DNA of 64,000 nt from Candidatus Hydrogenedentota bacterium. Lineage in GTDB: Bacteria > Hydrogenedentota > Hydrogenedentia > Hydrogenedentales > SLHB01. Under the pieces are notes generated by a model. That model saw only the letters and a list, made by a program, of their open reading frames with translations. It made no database searches and had not been told where the DNA came from. The stretch is from positions 128,001 to 192,000 of the forward strand of contig CAXXTH010000019.1 in the NCBI GenBank assembly GCA_963668025.2, written 5' to 3'. Below, piece after piece: positions 53,693 to 64,000 of the stretch (the first letter of the stretch is position 1; each line of letters opens with the position of its first letter). A program made the position numbers and the translations under genes.

Positions 53693-54601
53693 ATGAAGAA
53701 GCTAGTGTTCTCTATGAGTGTTCTTTTTAGTCTCCTTTTTTCCTTAACCACATGGGCTCAGTTTTCTACAAACGATCTTGAGAATCCTAAGCCAGGTTCG
53801 TTTATTGCGAATCTAGTTGAACAAGAAGCTGGAATAGCCGCAAATGAGACTATGAGCGATAATGTCCGAAATCTATACTTTAAAGGAGAACTTTTTACTT
53901 GGTATTCACAGTTATATTTTAGTAGGAATTATGCTGCTTTCTTCAATAGCATAGAAAGAGTACCACGAATTCAAAAATTGATGCAGATTATCCGTACTGG
54001 GTCTTCAGACGAAAAAGCTAAATTGAAAGCATGTGTTATTGGCATGTGTAATTTTTACATAAAAGAAGCTCCTCTATTGCCTTCGTCTCAAAATACGGAT
54101 CCTGCCTCGGTCGCTTTTAATAATGAACCTTCGGCATTATTTCCAAAGGATGGAATTGCATATGCTTATTTGTTGAGTTATATAGATGAAAAAGGTGATA
54201 TGCTTCCATTGCTAGTAAAAATGCATGAGCGACAACAAGAGGCATCGTATGAGTTAGGAAAACTCATGCTTAGTAAGAATAACTCCGATAATGTTGAATC
54301 TACACCAAAGGTGTTTACTGCAACTATACATGGCGCAATTATTTCCTATGCATGCGGACATATTATGCGGGCGATTACTATAAATGAAGAAAAAAAAGAC
54401 TCTCTTACAGAGATACAGAAAAGTGTATTGGAGCGGTTTGTACAGCTTGAAGCAGAAAACCAAGCTGAATGGGAAAAAGATATTGCGGAAAACCTCCAAA
54501 ATACAGATGAACAGCTAGAGAAAAAAAGACCTGAATGGATGGATATGAATTCTCAGACTAAAATTCTTGCACTTGCAAAAGAGTACGTTTCAGCTATATG
54601 A
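53693..54601 (+). CDS. Secreted hypothetical protein, AT-rich
   Basis: RBS AAGGAG; signal peptide ending TTWA; upstream TGGACA-N17-TATAGC. Confidence 0.8.
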   Translation: MKKLVFSMSVLFSLLFSLTTWAQFSTNDLENPKPGSFIANLVEQEAGIAANETMSDNVRNLYFKGELFTWYSQLYFSRNYAAFFNSIERVPRIQKLMQIIRTGSSDEKAKLKACVIGMCNFYIKEAPLLPSSQNTDPASVAFNNEPSALFPKDGIAYAYLLSYIDEKGDMLPLLVKMHERQQEASYELGKLMLSKNNSDNVESTPKVFTATIHGAIISYACGHIMRAITINEEKKDSLTEIQKSVLERFVQLEAENQAEWEKDIAENLQNTDEQLEKKRPEWMDMNSQTKILALAKEYVSAI

Positions 54602-54632
54602 ATAAAATCACAGCATAACTACACAAAGGGAG

Positions 54633-55334
54633 ATGTGTGTCATGAAAAAAATGAATGTAATTATGTTTTTTTTAGTGTTGTCTGCTTTTTGTGCAACCGC
54701 AGATGAACCTAACGGAACAGTAGACGACTTTTTTTGTACTGGCTTATATGAAGGAGGAGGAATTCAGACTATTTTTTTTAAATTAGCCAGGTATGAGATT
54801 CCTGATGCCGATGATGATGAATGCTATAATGGCGCAGATTGGTGCATATCTACCTCTACAGGAAGAAAAGTTGCACATTGGCATCTCGATACTTCCTATC
54901 GCTCTGATTTAACAAGCGAAGAAAAAGCTAATATGAATAGACTTTATGAGTATATGAATTCATGGGCAACTTCCCAGAATCGAATAGGTTATCCTTCAAT
55001 TGCATATAATTGTCATGCTTATGCGTGGGGACGAAACGATATCTTAATTTTAGGAACACCATATGGTGGAGATGGGATGGAGCGTTTATTTGCTGACGAT
55101 TGTGAACATATTAATAGTCAGCAATTATGTGAAACGGGAGATCTATTTAAGCATACTCCAAATCCAGGTATAGATCATACATCGATAATAGATGCAGGAA
55201 CATTAAATGGTGTCACAGTAATTGATAAGTTTCGAGGAAAAATGGGTTTTTATGGTATTTATAGATTGGATAGAGATACAGTTTTTGATGATGCATTAGG
55301 TAGTGATAATGGTGGTATTTTTCGAAAGGAATGA
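54633..55334 (+). CDS. Secreted protein with papain-like NCH motif, AT-rich
   Basis: Signal peptide; YNCHAYAW...DHTSII...KMG. Confidence 0.7.
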   Translation: MCVMKKMNVIMFFLVLSAFCATADEPNGTVDDFFCTGLYEGGGIQTIFFKLARYEIPDADDDECYNGADWCISTSTGRKVAHWHLDTSYRSDLTSEEKANMNRLYEYMNSWATSQNRIGYPSIAYNCHAYAWGRNDILILGTPYGGDGMERLFADDCEHINSQQLCETGDLFKHTPNPGIDHTSIIDAGTLNGVTVIDKFRGKMGFYGIYRLDRDTVFDDALGSDNGGIFRKE

Positions 55335-55437
55335 ACCCTAAAATATTAATGAATATTTCTAGTAGAGGATAATGCTTCGTCTAAACCGTAAACCGCAAAT
55401 ACGCTTGAGAAGGAGCTTTATCCTCTATTTTTATTCT

Positions 55438-57756
55438 TCACCGGTGCTGCGGCGTGCCGTACCATTGGCTGCCCGCGTGGTCGAGGTGGAGGGTGGGAAG
55501 GCCGCTCAGGCGGCGTTCCTGTCCGAAGCGCGCCCGCATATCGTTGCCGAATTTCCAGTCCGCACCCTCGAAGTGGTTCATCTCCTCGTAGCGCACGGCC
55601 TCGAAGCACTCCTTGCGCACGCATTGGCAAAAGCCGATGGGCACGCCTTCTGCCTCGGCCCGGCGGTATTCTCCTGGCCCTGCGAGCAATTCCTCCCAGC
55701 ACTCCCATGGCTGGATTTCACCTAGAAGAATGCGGGCCGTCGTGTCCGCCGGTAGCATTTTGCGCCCGTCTGGAATGGCGAAGGCCGCTTCAGGCGGCAA
55801 TGCGTCCAAGGCCGCGAAAAACGCGGGAGGGAGAATAATGTCCGCATCGAGCAAAACCACCCAATTCCCGGAGGCCATCCGCGCCGATTCGTTGATGAGG
55901 AAGCCCTTTGCCATGGCGAGGCCGTCCGCGAAAGGCGCGCGCACGATGCGCAAGGCGGGATGGGCCGCTTCGATGCTCTCGATGACATCACCCGTGGCGT
56001 CGATGCCCGGCACATACGCGATGATCACCTCGATGCGTTCCAGCAGTATGCCGCGCTGGTGTGCAATGCCCTGCAAGGCGGCCTGCAAGCGCCGCGCATA
56101 GCGCGTGCTCACGATCAATACGGAGTACTCCGCCTTGGTTTGGGATGCGCTGGCCTCTCCGCCCCGCCAGATGCTCACGCCTTGCGTGCCGATGACGCCG
56201 TCGATGTTCCAGATGGACAGGCGCGGTTCGAGGCGGCCACCGAGGCGGCTGGGCACGCAGTGCTGGCCCGCGAATTCCATGGGCTCCACCGACGCGCCAT
56301 CGCGCAACAGCACATAGCGCCCGTCCGCCTCGACATGGAGAATCATGCGGTGGGACGCGGCGATCATCGGGCACACGAGCCGGGCATGGCGGCCCAGGCT
56401 GAATCCTACATAGTCCGCGAATCCGCCGCCGAAAGTGGCCGCGAGCGTGAAAGGCGGTTCAAGCCGCGCGAGGGGCGTGCTGGTCTTCTCCGTGTTCGTC
56501 CAGGAGAACCAGCGCACGGTGCCCGCCAATTGCCAAGTCCATTGGCCTTCGATGCGATACGCGAAGGAATCGATCTCGATGTCCGGGCGGCGCTGCGCCA
56601 CGAGGGCGTTCGCGCGTGCGGCCAGTTCGACGCCCTTCGGGCCGCGCTCGCGGCGGAGTTGATCCACGGCATCGTAATAACGCCGCCGCTGGGCGGTGTA
56701 ATAATGGGGATCGCACACGTTTTCGCCTTCAATGCGCCGCACCTCGACGCCCGGCAGCCTGCGCCGCAACGCCTCGGGTGCGTGGTCGCAGATGCGCCGG
56801 AGGCTGCACGCGCCGCATTCCGGGCCAAGGGCCTCGGCGGACCCGGCTTCCCGCCGCGTGCGTTCCGCTTCATGCGCTTCCGGCGTTTCAACCAGCGCCC
56901 GGGGGGCATGCGGCAAGAATCGTGAATACCGGGAAACCTTGTGCCATGCCCACACCCGTGCGCGCGCCCACGGATGCTCGGTGAGCCACGGCAGCAGGAT
57001 GGAGTCAATGGGATTCGGATACGACGTGTAGCGCGCGAGAAGCATGAAGAGCACGATCCGCGCCCGCATGGGGCCCATGGCATGCAATTCCTGGGCGAGG
57101 GCGTAGGCGTTGTTTTCGTAGTGCTGGTGGTCGTGGTGGAATTGGGCCATGGGGACGCAGAAGGAGCGGGCCGCTTCCTCGACCCAGCAAAAGGGCATGC
57201 CGGGCAAGTTCGCTTCGATGCCGTGGGCGTCGAAAGCCAGCGCCAGGCGCGCCATGAGGTCAATCGTGGTGCGGGCCGTTCCGGCGTCCAGTGGCGGCGC
57301 TGTATTGCGGGTGAAGGGATCCGAAAAAGCCAGGTTCACGGCCATCACGCCGCCCGCCGCGAGGCGCGCCGCCTCGGCGTTAGGATTTAGGCCGGGCGCG
57401 AAGGGGGGAAAGACTTGGAGCCGCAGAGGCAATTTCGCGGCACGGCAGGCGCGGAACCAGGATTCCAAATGGTCCACATGCAGTCCGCGCACTTCGGCGA
57501 ATACATCGAACAGGCCTGCCGCCGCGAAAGCGCCCAATTCGCGCGGCGGGGCGTGCTCCGTGCGGAGGGAAATCCGTGCGTCGAGTTCACGCGCGGTTTC
57601 CAGGAGCGCGGGCATATGCCGCAGCCCCTCCGGCCCGGCCAGCACGTCGATCTTCTCCGTTTTGAACGCCAGCCTGCAAATGCGCATCCACCGCTGAAGG
57701 TCGGGCGCATGGAAGAGCTTGCCGCTGGCGTTATGCGTGATGACCAAGCCGCGCAC
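55438..57756 (-). CDS. Multidomain protein: radical-SAM-like N-terminus lacking CxxxCxxC, Cys cluster, C-terminal GT2
   Basis: GMPFC...ECGACSLRRIC; YSVLIVST and VLLDADII (DxD). Confidence 0.75.
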   Translation of the reverse strand: MRGLVITHNASGKLFHAPDLQRWMRICRLAFKTEKIDVLAGPEGLRHMPALLETARELDARISLRTEHAPPRELGAFAAAGLFDVFAEVRGLHVDHLESWFRACRAAKLPLRLQVFPPFAPGLNPNAEAARLAAGGVMAVNLAFSDPFTRNTAPPLDAGTARTTIDLMARLALAFDAHGIEANLPGMPFCWVEEAARSFCVPMAQFHHDHQHYENNAYALAQELHAMGPMRARIVLFMLLARYTSYPNPIDSILLPWLTEHPWARARVWAWHKVSRYSRFLPHAPRALVETPEAHEAERTRREAGSAEALGPECGACSLRRICDHAPEALRRRLPGVEVRRIEGENVCDPHYYTAQRRRYYDAVDQLRRERGPKGVELAARANALVAQRRPDIEIDSFAYRIEGQWTWQLAGTVRWFSWTNTEKTSTPLARLEPPFTLAATFGGGFADYVGFSLGRHARLVCPMIAASHRMILHVEADGRYVLLRDGASVEPMEFAGQHCVPSRLGGRLEPRLSIWNIDGVIGTQGVSIWRGGEASASQTKAEYSVLIVSTRYARRLQAALQGIAHQRGILLERIEVIIAYVPGIDATGDVIESIEAAHPALRIVRAPFADGLAMAKGFLINESARMASGNWVVLLDADIILPPAFFAALDALPPEAAFAIPDGRKMLPADTTARILLGEIQPWECWEELLAGPGEYRRAEAEGVPIGFCQCVRKECFEAVRYEEMNHFEGADWKFGNDMRARFGQERRLSGLPTLHLDHAGSQWYGTPQHR

Positions 57757-57801
57757 GGGGCGTCAACGGCGTTATGGTTTCATCGGGCGGCATACAGGCA
57801 G

Positions 57802-58845
57802 CTAATCCCCCAACAGCTCATTAATCACCTCGACCGGCAGGGCGGGGTGTTCGCGGTAGCGTTTTCCGCGCAAGGCTGCCCGGTATTCGGCCAGCCAGGC
57901 GCGCGCCTCGGCCTTGCCGCGTGCGCGTCCCAGCGCCTCCAAGATCAAGCGCGGGTCTTCCGGAGCAAGGCTGAGCGAGCGGCCGCCCCACACCCACTCC
58001 GTGGAGATGAAAATGTGCAGCAATCGCGCCGGGGATACATTGCGAAGCAGGCGGCGGCACGCAATGAGCTTGATGCGGGGGCTGGCGGTCTGGCTGGGTT
58101 TCGTCACGACGAAGTCGCCCGAGGCCACCTGCGGCATCTCCATGCATTCGCGCCGTTCCGGGTCATACGATTTCGCGATCACCTCGAGCATGCGGCCCTT
58201 GAGCAGGTCGGTCTGGGCTTTCGAGAATGACTGCGGCTGGCGCACATTCACGAAGAATTGCAGATTGCGGTCCACGCCCAATTCATGGTATGTCCCCAGC
58301 CATTGCGTCATATAGGCGTATACCGTGCGGTCCTTCTCTTTGCGATGGTAGCGGTCCGGCAGGAATACCGTGCCGCCGAGGAAAGGCCGCACGATGAAAT
58401 CCTGGTCGCGGCGGTACAAGATGCGCAGGTTCAAATGCTCGGCTTCCGCGAGGGTGCTGATGCTGCCCTCTTTCTTGGCCGCCACTAATCCGAAGACGCC
58501 CATTTTCCGCTTCACGTTCGTGGCTCGCACGCGAAAGATGAGTTGATATTGCCCTTCCTGGAACAGCTCGAACACGATATTCGTCAACGGCGCTGGCCCG
58601 AGCATTTGCTGGATGCTGGGCACGATGAACCGGTCGTTGCCCAAGACCATGCCCTCGATGGAGCTGCTGAGCGTCTCGACTTGGTAATGGCGCGGGATCT
58701 CCTTGCCCCAAAAATCATACATGGTGCGCAATCCAAGCCAGCGCACGCGGAGCGGGCCTTTGCGCACCACGTTCGTGCGCACCGGGCGTTTCTTCACGGG
58801 CTTGGCGGGTGTAGCGGTCTTCGTCGTTTTCAATGGCTGCCGCAT
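57802..58845 (-). CDS. Hypothetical protein, possible degenerate kinase-like fold
   Basis: EGQYQLIF, AEHLNL, TQWLGTYHE, ASGDFVV. Confidence 0.6.
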   Translation of the reverse strand: MRQPLKTTKTATPAKPVKKRPVRTNVVRKGPLRVRWLGLRTMYDFWGKEIPRHYQVETLSSSIEGMVLGNDRFIVPSIQQMLGPAPLTNIVFELFQEGQYQLIFRVRATNVKRKMGVFGLVAAKKEGSISTLAEAEHLNLRILYRRDQDFIVRPFLGGTVFLPDRYHRKEKDRTVYAYMTQWLGTYHELGVDRNLQFFVNVRQPQSFSKAQTDLLKGRMLEVIAKSYDPERRECMEMPQVASGDFVVTKPSQTASPRIKLIACRRLLRNVSPARLLHIFISTEWVWGGRSLSLAPEDPRLILEALGRARGKAEARAWLAEYRAALRGKRYREHPALPVEVINELLGD

Positions 58846-58943
58846 TCAATTCATCCCCTGGGTTGTACCGAACTGGCGTTATTATGACATCTTGCAATGG
58901 CTTGCGGGAAGCCCGAAGCGTGAGGCGCGCCCGGTATGCCGGC

Positions 58944-59864
58944 TCACCAAGGCAGCCATGCCGCCATTTGCGGCCCGTAATGAATAATCACGGTGCATGC
59001 GGCGCCCCATAAGGCGAGATTGAGTAGAAACGGGCGGTCACGCAAGATCAATTCCGCCGGGTTCCCTCCGTCATTCCGGTGATAACTCAAATACAAATAC
59101 CGGAAAACGCCATACAACACGAAGGGCACGGTGGCGATAAGGCCCCGCGTGTGGAACACTTCCGCCGTGCGCGCATCCACGGTATAAAGGATGTAACACA
59201 GCAGCGTCGCCCCCGTCGAAATGGACACCATCTGGTCCAGAAAATCGTGGCTGTAGTGTTCCAGCACCTCCCGGTGCGAATGGGCGCGCCCCTCGAGATC
59301 GATGAGTTCCGCGCGGCGCTTCGTGAAGCCCAAGAAAAGCGACACCGTGAGCGTGCAGAGCAGCAGCCAATGGGAGGGCGAAACTGCCGCCGCTGCCGCG
59401 CCGATGAGCACCCGCAAGATGAAGCCCACTGCTAAAAACATGACATCCAAAATCACGAGATGTTTTAAGTATAAGGAATACAACAAGTTGCTCAATATAT
59501 ACGCAATAAGCACCATCGTGGCAAACAGAGGGAGCATGAGCAGGGACAGCGCCAGCGCCGCCGCGGCTAATCCCAGCGCCATCCCAATGGCCGCGGATAT
59601 CGTAAGGCGGCCAGACGCCAGCGGGCGCATGCGCTTGACGGGATGCAGCCGGTCGCGGCGCAGGTCGATGAGGTCATTCATGGCGTATACGGCGCTCGAC
59701 GCCAGGCAAAATGCCGCGAAAGCGGCGAATACGGCCAATGCTTTATCAGGGACGGCAATCTGGCGCGCGAATAACGGCGCAGCGAACACGAAGCCATTCT
59801 TGATCCACTGCCGGATCCGCATGGCCTCAATAATCGTTTGAACATGAGTGCTTAGCAACACCAT
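58944..59864 (-). CDS. UbiA-family decaprenyl-phosphate phosphoribosyltransferase-like protein
   Basis: RIRQWIKN, YAMNDLIDLRRDRLHPVKRMRPLASG, YSLYLKH, KRRAE. Confidence 0.9.
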   Translation of the reverse strand: MVLLSTHVQTIIEAMRIRQWIKNGFVFAAPLFARQIAVPDKALAVFAAFAAFCLASSAVYAMNDLIDLRRDRLHPVKRMRPLASGRLTISAAIGMALGLAAAALALSLLMLPLFATMVLIAYILSNLLYSLYLKHLVILDVMFLAVGFILRVLIGAAAAAVSPSHWLLLCTLTVSLFLGFTKRRAELIDLEGRAHSHREVLEHYSHDFLDQMVSISTGATLLCYILYTVDARTAEVFHTRGLIATVPFVLYGVFRYLYLSYHRNDGGNPAELILRDRPFLLNLALWGAACTVIIHYGPQMAAWLPW

Positions 59865-60340
59865 CGCCTTATATCCCTTTTGTACGGCTGTTTCGTGCGC
59901 GATCAACGGAGAAAGAATATCATATAGGCCTCGCGGCGCGCCTCATCCGCCTCGCATGTAGATAATCACATGTAACGCGGAGGTGCAGAGAACGCGGAGG
60001 TCCGCAAAGAAGAAAAGACCTATTCCTACAATTTCTGCGTGCATTCGAAAATGAACAGCATCAGTAGAAATAGAGCAGAATAGATTCTCTGCAAGACCCT
60101 GCATTCTTAGCGCCTCTGCATTGAAATGACTCAACTCACCAGCAGGTGAGCCAGTGTTTCTCATGTCACACAGCAACCTTGCCTGCTTTTGTGAGCTAAT
60201 GCGCCTGCTTACCAGAAAATGATTGTTCTTGCCCGCTGATTAGCCCATGGTTGTGCATGGAATATGAATCTAAGTACAATCGCACCAATGAGGCTTCTAT
60301 CGTCGAGTAAAGATGGGCTTGCATACAGAGGAATCCTTTT

Positions 60341-61951
60341 ATGATGGCCAACAAAATACCGTGCATCTGGTTTCCTGCCGCATTAATCGTGCTGTATACC
60401 TCCATTGCTTGCGCCACGCCATTGGACGATTACGTGGCCGCGCCGGATTCGAGCTATGCCTATTCTCTCAACAGCGTCATATCTGGAACCGGCTACACGG
60501 GCTATGTCTATCACATGGCTTCGCAACGGTGGCGTGATACCCCGTCCGAGATTGACCGTAATCTGTGGGAGCATTGGCTGGTGATGGCCGTACCTGCGGT
60601 CGTCAGCCATCCCACAACCGCCTTGCTATTTATAGATGGCGGTTCTAATAGTGGAAATGCGCCGTCGGCAATAGAGGCCATGCTGGCGCAAATCGCTACA
60701 GCAACGCAGTCGATTGTCGTGGACCTGCGGATGATTCCCAACCAGCCGTTGGTCTTCCCGGATGAAACGGATCCCCGATATGTTACGGCTGGCCGTAAAG
60801 AAGATGAGATTACGGCATATGCGTGGGACAAGTTTCTGCACACGGGCGACGCAACGTGGGTTCCCCGCCTGCCGATGACCAAAGCGGTCGTACGTGCAAT
60901 GGACGCCATCCAGGCCGAACATCCAGGCATTACGAGCTTTGTCGTCGCGGGAGGCTCCAAGCGCGGTTGGACGGCTTGGACGACGGCCGCCGTCGATCCT
61001 CGAGTAATGGCCATCGTTCCGATGTCCATCGACATACTCAACATCAAAGCCTCGATGCAGCACCACTGGGACGCATATGGATTCTGGTCCAGCGCGCTCA
61101 GCGATTATGTGGACATGGGCGTCCTGGATTGGCTGAACACGCCCCAATTCGATGCGTTGATGGCCATCGAGGATCCGTATTCGTATCGAGACCGAATGAC
61201 CATGCCCAAGTATATCATGAACGCCACCGGCGACCAGTTCTTCCTGCCCGATTCCTCCCAGTTTTATTTCGAGGAGCTGCCGGGCGAAAAATACTTGAGG
61301 TATACCCCCAATACCGATCATGGGCAGAATGCGGAAGCCGTTCTGAATTTTCTGGCGTATTACACGGCGTTGTTGAATGGCGTGGCGCGTCCCGAATTCA
61401 CGTGGACAAAGGAAGCGGACGGCTCGCTACGCGTGCAAACCACCACATCGCCCAGCGAGGTCAACTTGTGGCAAGCCACCAATCCCCATGCACGCGATTT
61501 CCGAGTCGAAACCATCGGCGAAGCGTGGACCCGTTCATCCCTCACTGATCAGGGAGGCGGGCTTTATATCGGGCAGGTTCCTGAGCCTAGCGAGGGCTGG
61601 ACAGCGTTCATGGTGGAACTGGTGTATCCCAGCGGCAGTATTTACCCGTTGAAGTTCACGACGGAGGTCAGCGTCGTTCCCGATATTCTGCCATATAAAG
61701 ATTCCGATGGCGATGAAATACTCGATGGCGAAGAGGGAACAGCCGACCCCGATGGCGACGGGACGCCTAATTACCTGGACCTCGATTCCGATGATGACGG
61801 CCTGAGCGACCATTCGGAACGGTTCACCTGGAACACCGATCCATACGATCCGCTGCATCCCAATGCTTTTACGCTCCACGCTTGGCCCCTCCTGCTACTA
61901 TTGCTTCTGGCAGCCTGGAAGATGCAGCGAAGGCAGATTTCTTTGCAATAA
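60341..61951 (+). CDS. PqaA-type alpha/beta hydrolase with Asp-rich repeats and C-terminal membrane anchor
   Basis: LDDYV, RLPMTKA, GGSKRGWT, GDQFFLPD; DSDGD/DPDGD repeats. Confidence 0.9.
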   Translation: MMANKIPCIWFPAALIVLYTSIACATPLDDYVAAPDSSYAYSLNSVISGTGYTGYVYHMASQRWRDTPSEIDRNLWEHWLVMAVPAVVSHPTTALLFIDGGSNSGNAPSAIEAMLAQIATATQSIVVDLRMIPNQPLVFPDETDPRYVTAGRKEDEITAYAWDKFLHTGDATWVPRLPMTKAVVRAMDAIQAEHPGITSFVVAGGSKRGWTAWTTAAVDPRVMAIVPMSIDILNIKASMQHHWDAYGFWSSALSDYVDMGVLDWLNTPQFDALMAIEDPYSYRDRMTMPKYIMNATGDQFFLPDSSQFYFEELPGEKYLRYTPNTDHGQNAEAVLNFLAYYTALLNGVARPEFTWTKEADGSLRVQTTTSPSEVNLWQATNPHARDFRVETIGEAWTRSSLTDQGGGLYIGQVPEPSEGWTAFMVELVYPSGSIYPLKFTTEVSVVPDILPYKDSDGDEILDGEEGTADPDGDGTPNYLDLDSDDDGLSDHSERFTWNTDPYDPLHPNAFTLHAWPLLLLLLLAAWKMQRRQISLQ

Positions 61952-62135
61952 CATAGCCGTATGGTGGGGCTGGCCCCACCGTTCGAAGCTGAAAGCGTTA
62001 CCGGTAGGGCAAGCCCCACACTACTTTTCTTGGCGCGGTTTGTTGAGCAGGAGTTTGAGGCTGCACAGCAGCATCTCCCGCCCCTTCGACGAACCATAAT
62101 GTGTAGGATAGCCGTGAAGGCTATCAATCATCTAG

Positions 62136-64000
62136 CCCATTTTCCGCAGTAAGGCCGTCTTTTTTCTGGTTTTGAGCGTCTTTTCGGCTGTAAGTCCTTT
62201 GTTGGTCTTGCGTGCTGGTAGGATTTCCGTGTAGTGGCGAAAACCCCCTTGTTACGCGGGCCAGCGCGTGAGATCATGAGTGCCAGTTGGGAGGCTCTGG
62301 CATCGTGTTTCTCAAGCCGAATCGGAAGACCTTCGATGGCGTGACCTACGAGTATTGGTCGCTCGTGGAGTCGGTGCGCACGGCGAATGGGCCGCGCCAG
62401 CGGACGGTGGCCACCATCGGGAAGCTGCCGGGCCTGGATGAGGAAGCGCGGGTGGGCTGGGAGCACATCGGGGAGATCCTCGATGGCCGGGTGCATCAGC
62501 GGGACTTGCTCGAAGTCGAGCCGGAACCGCCGGCGTGGGCGACGGTGGACACGTCTCGGGTGCGGGTGGAACGGTTACACCGTTTCGGCGAGGTCTACTT
62601 GGGGCTGGCGTTGTGGCGGCGGCTTAAGCTGGATACGTTTTTCGACGAAGCCATGGCGCCAGGCCGCGAGGAGATCCCGTGGGGCGTAATGGCTTGTATC
62701 CTCACGTTGGCGCGGTTCTGCGCGCCGTCGTCGGAGTTGCACATCGCCGAGTCGTGGTATGGCAAGACGGCCTTGGAGGATATCCTCGACGTGGCGCCGG
62801 AGAAGGTGAATGAGGACCGTCTGTACCGGGCTCTCGACGCGCTGCTGCCCCACAAGGACGCGCTCTTCGGTCACTTCCAGAAGGTCTATGGCGAGCTGTT
62901 TGGCGCCACCTTCGACATCCTGCTCTACGACATCACGTCGACGTACTTCGAGGGGCAGGCGGGGGACAACCCTCAAGCGAAACGAGGCTACTCCCGGGAC
63001 AAGCGGCCCGATTGCGTGCAGGTCTGCATTGCGCTGGTGGCCACGCCGGAGGGACTTCCCCTGGCCTACGAGGTCTTCGACGGCAACCGCAGGGACGTGA
63101 CCACGGTGGAGGAGATGGTGGAGGCCATGCGCACGAAGTACGGCCACGAGCGCCGCACGTGGGTCATGGACCGCGGCATGGTGAGCGAGGACAACCTCGA
63201 GATGCTGCGCGAGGCCAAGGCGAGCTATCTCGTGGGCACGCCCAAAAGCATGCTCAAACAGTTCGAGCGTGACCTCTTGGAACAGGGTTGGGAGCAAGTG
63301 GAGCCCGAGGTGGAGGTGAAACTCCGCCCCTCGCCCGAGGACGAAGACGAGACCTTCGTGCTCTGTCGCTCGCGCGGCCGCATCGAAAAAGAACGGGCCA
63401 TACGCGAGAAACAGCGCGTGAAGCTCGAGGCTGAACTCAACCGGCTCAAAGCGCGCATCGACGCCGGCACACGCGCCCTGCGCGACCGCGGCGCCGCTGA
63501 ACGCCACGTGGGCCGGTGCTTCCAGAAGTACTCCCGCGCCGCCCGCTTCTTCCAAGTGGCCATCCGCGAACAAGACGACCCCAAACACAAAAGCGGCAAG
63601 CGCCTCGCCATCGCCATCACCCAAGACCCCGCCCATCGCGAATGGGCCGAACTTACCGACGGCTGCTACCTGCTGCGCACCAACCTCCAGAACCACGACC
63701 CAAAGCAACTCTGGAAAGCCTACATCGGCCTCACGCAGATCGAGGACAGCTTTCGCATCAGCAAGCACGACCTCGGCCTCAGGCCCATCTTCCATCACAG
63801 AGAACGCCGGACCCAAGCACACATCCTCGTGTGCTTCCTTGCCCTCGTGATGTGGCGGACTCTCCAGCAATGGATGGACGGCGCCGGCCTCGGCGCCGCG
63901 CCCCGAAAACTCCTCGAAGAGATGGCCGAAGTCCGTTCCTTGGACGTGGTCTTGCCTACCGGCCAAGGCACAGAGTTACGCCTGCGCACCGTCAGCAAGC
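62136..64000 (+). mobile_element. IS1634-family element (transposase from GTG ~62305, runs off window end)
   Basis: MFLKPNRKTFDGVTYEYWSLVESVRTANGPRQ, YDITSTYFEG, GYSRDKRPD, MDRGM, IEDSFRISK..L.LRPIFH; left end approximate. Confidence 0.9.

Noticed and set aside
53544-55473. DGR template/variable repeat pair
   Set aside because: The repeat is short and essentially exact, lacks adenine-specific mismatches and has no RT nearby

Overview
GC-rich bacterial chromosome segment, tentatively Ca. Hydrogenedentota (inferred from gene content and protein C-terminal motifs, not verified). Core genes: rbsK, gmhA-like SIS protein, purN, hslV, two Gfo/Idh/MocA oxidoreductases, uxaC-type isomerase, uvrA, a group 3d NAD-reducing [NiFe]-hydrogenase operon (hoxFUYH plus a hoxW fused in frame to a receiver domain), a hybrid kinase, and envelope/glycan genes. 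Mobile DNA is dense: two IS1380 copies, an IS186/IS421-like IS4, an ISKra4, an IS630 nested in a two-gene IS701/IS4-like element, a partial IS1634, a MITE, a decayed phage-satellite-like element (15.7-22.1 kb), several REP-like repeat families and a 777-nt ORF-less group II intron inserted in a REP hairpin. Most notable: (i) the 49.6-55.5 kb hotspot, with a REP-targeting intron and an AT-rich two-gene cassette bounded by a duplication of the neighbouring gene's 3' end; (ii) the HoxW-REC fusion; (iii) a degenerate radical-SAM-like/GT2 fusion beside a kinase-like protein and a UbiA prenyltransferase. No rRNA, tRNA or CRISPR array was seen. Family assignments come from motif recognition, not database searches.
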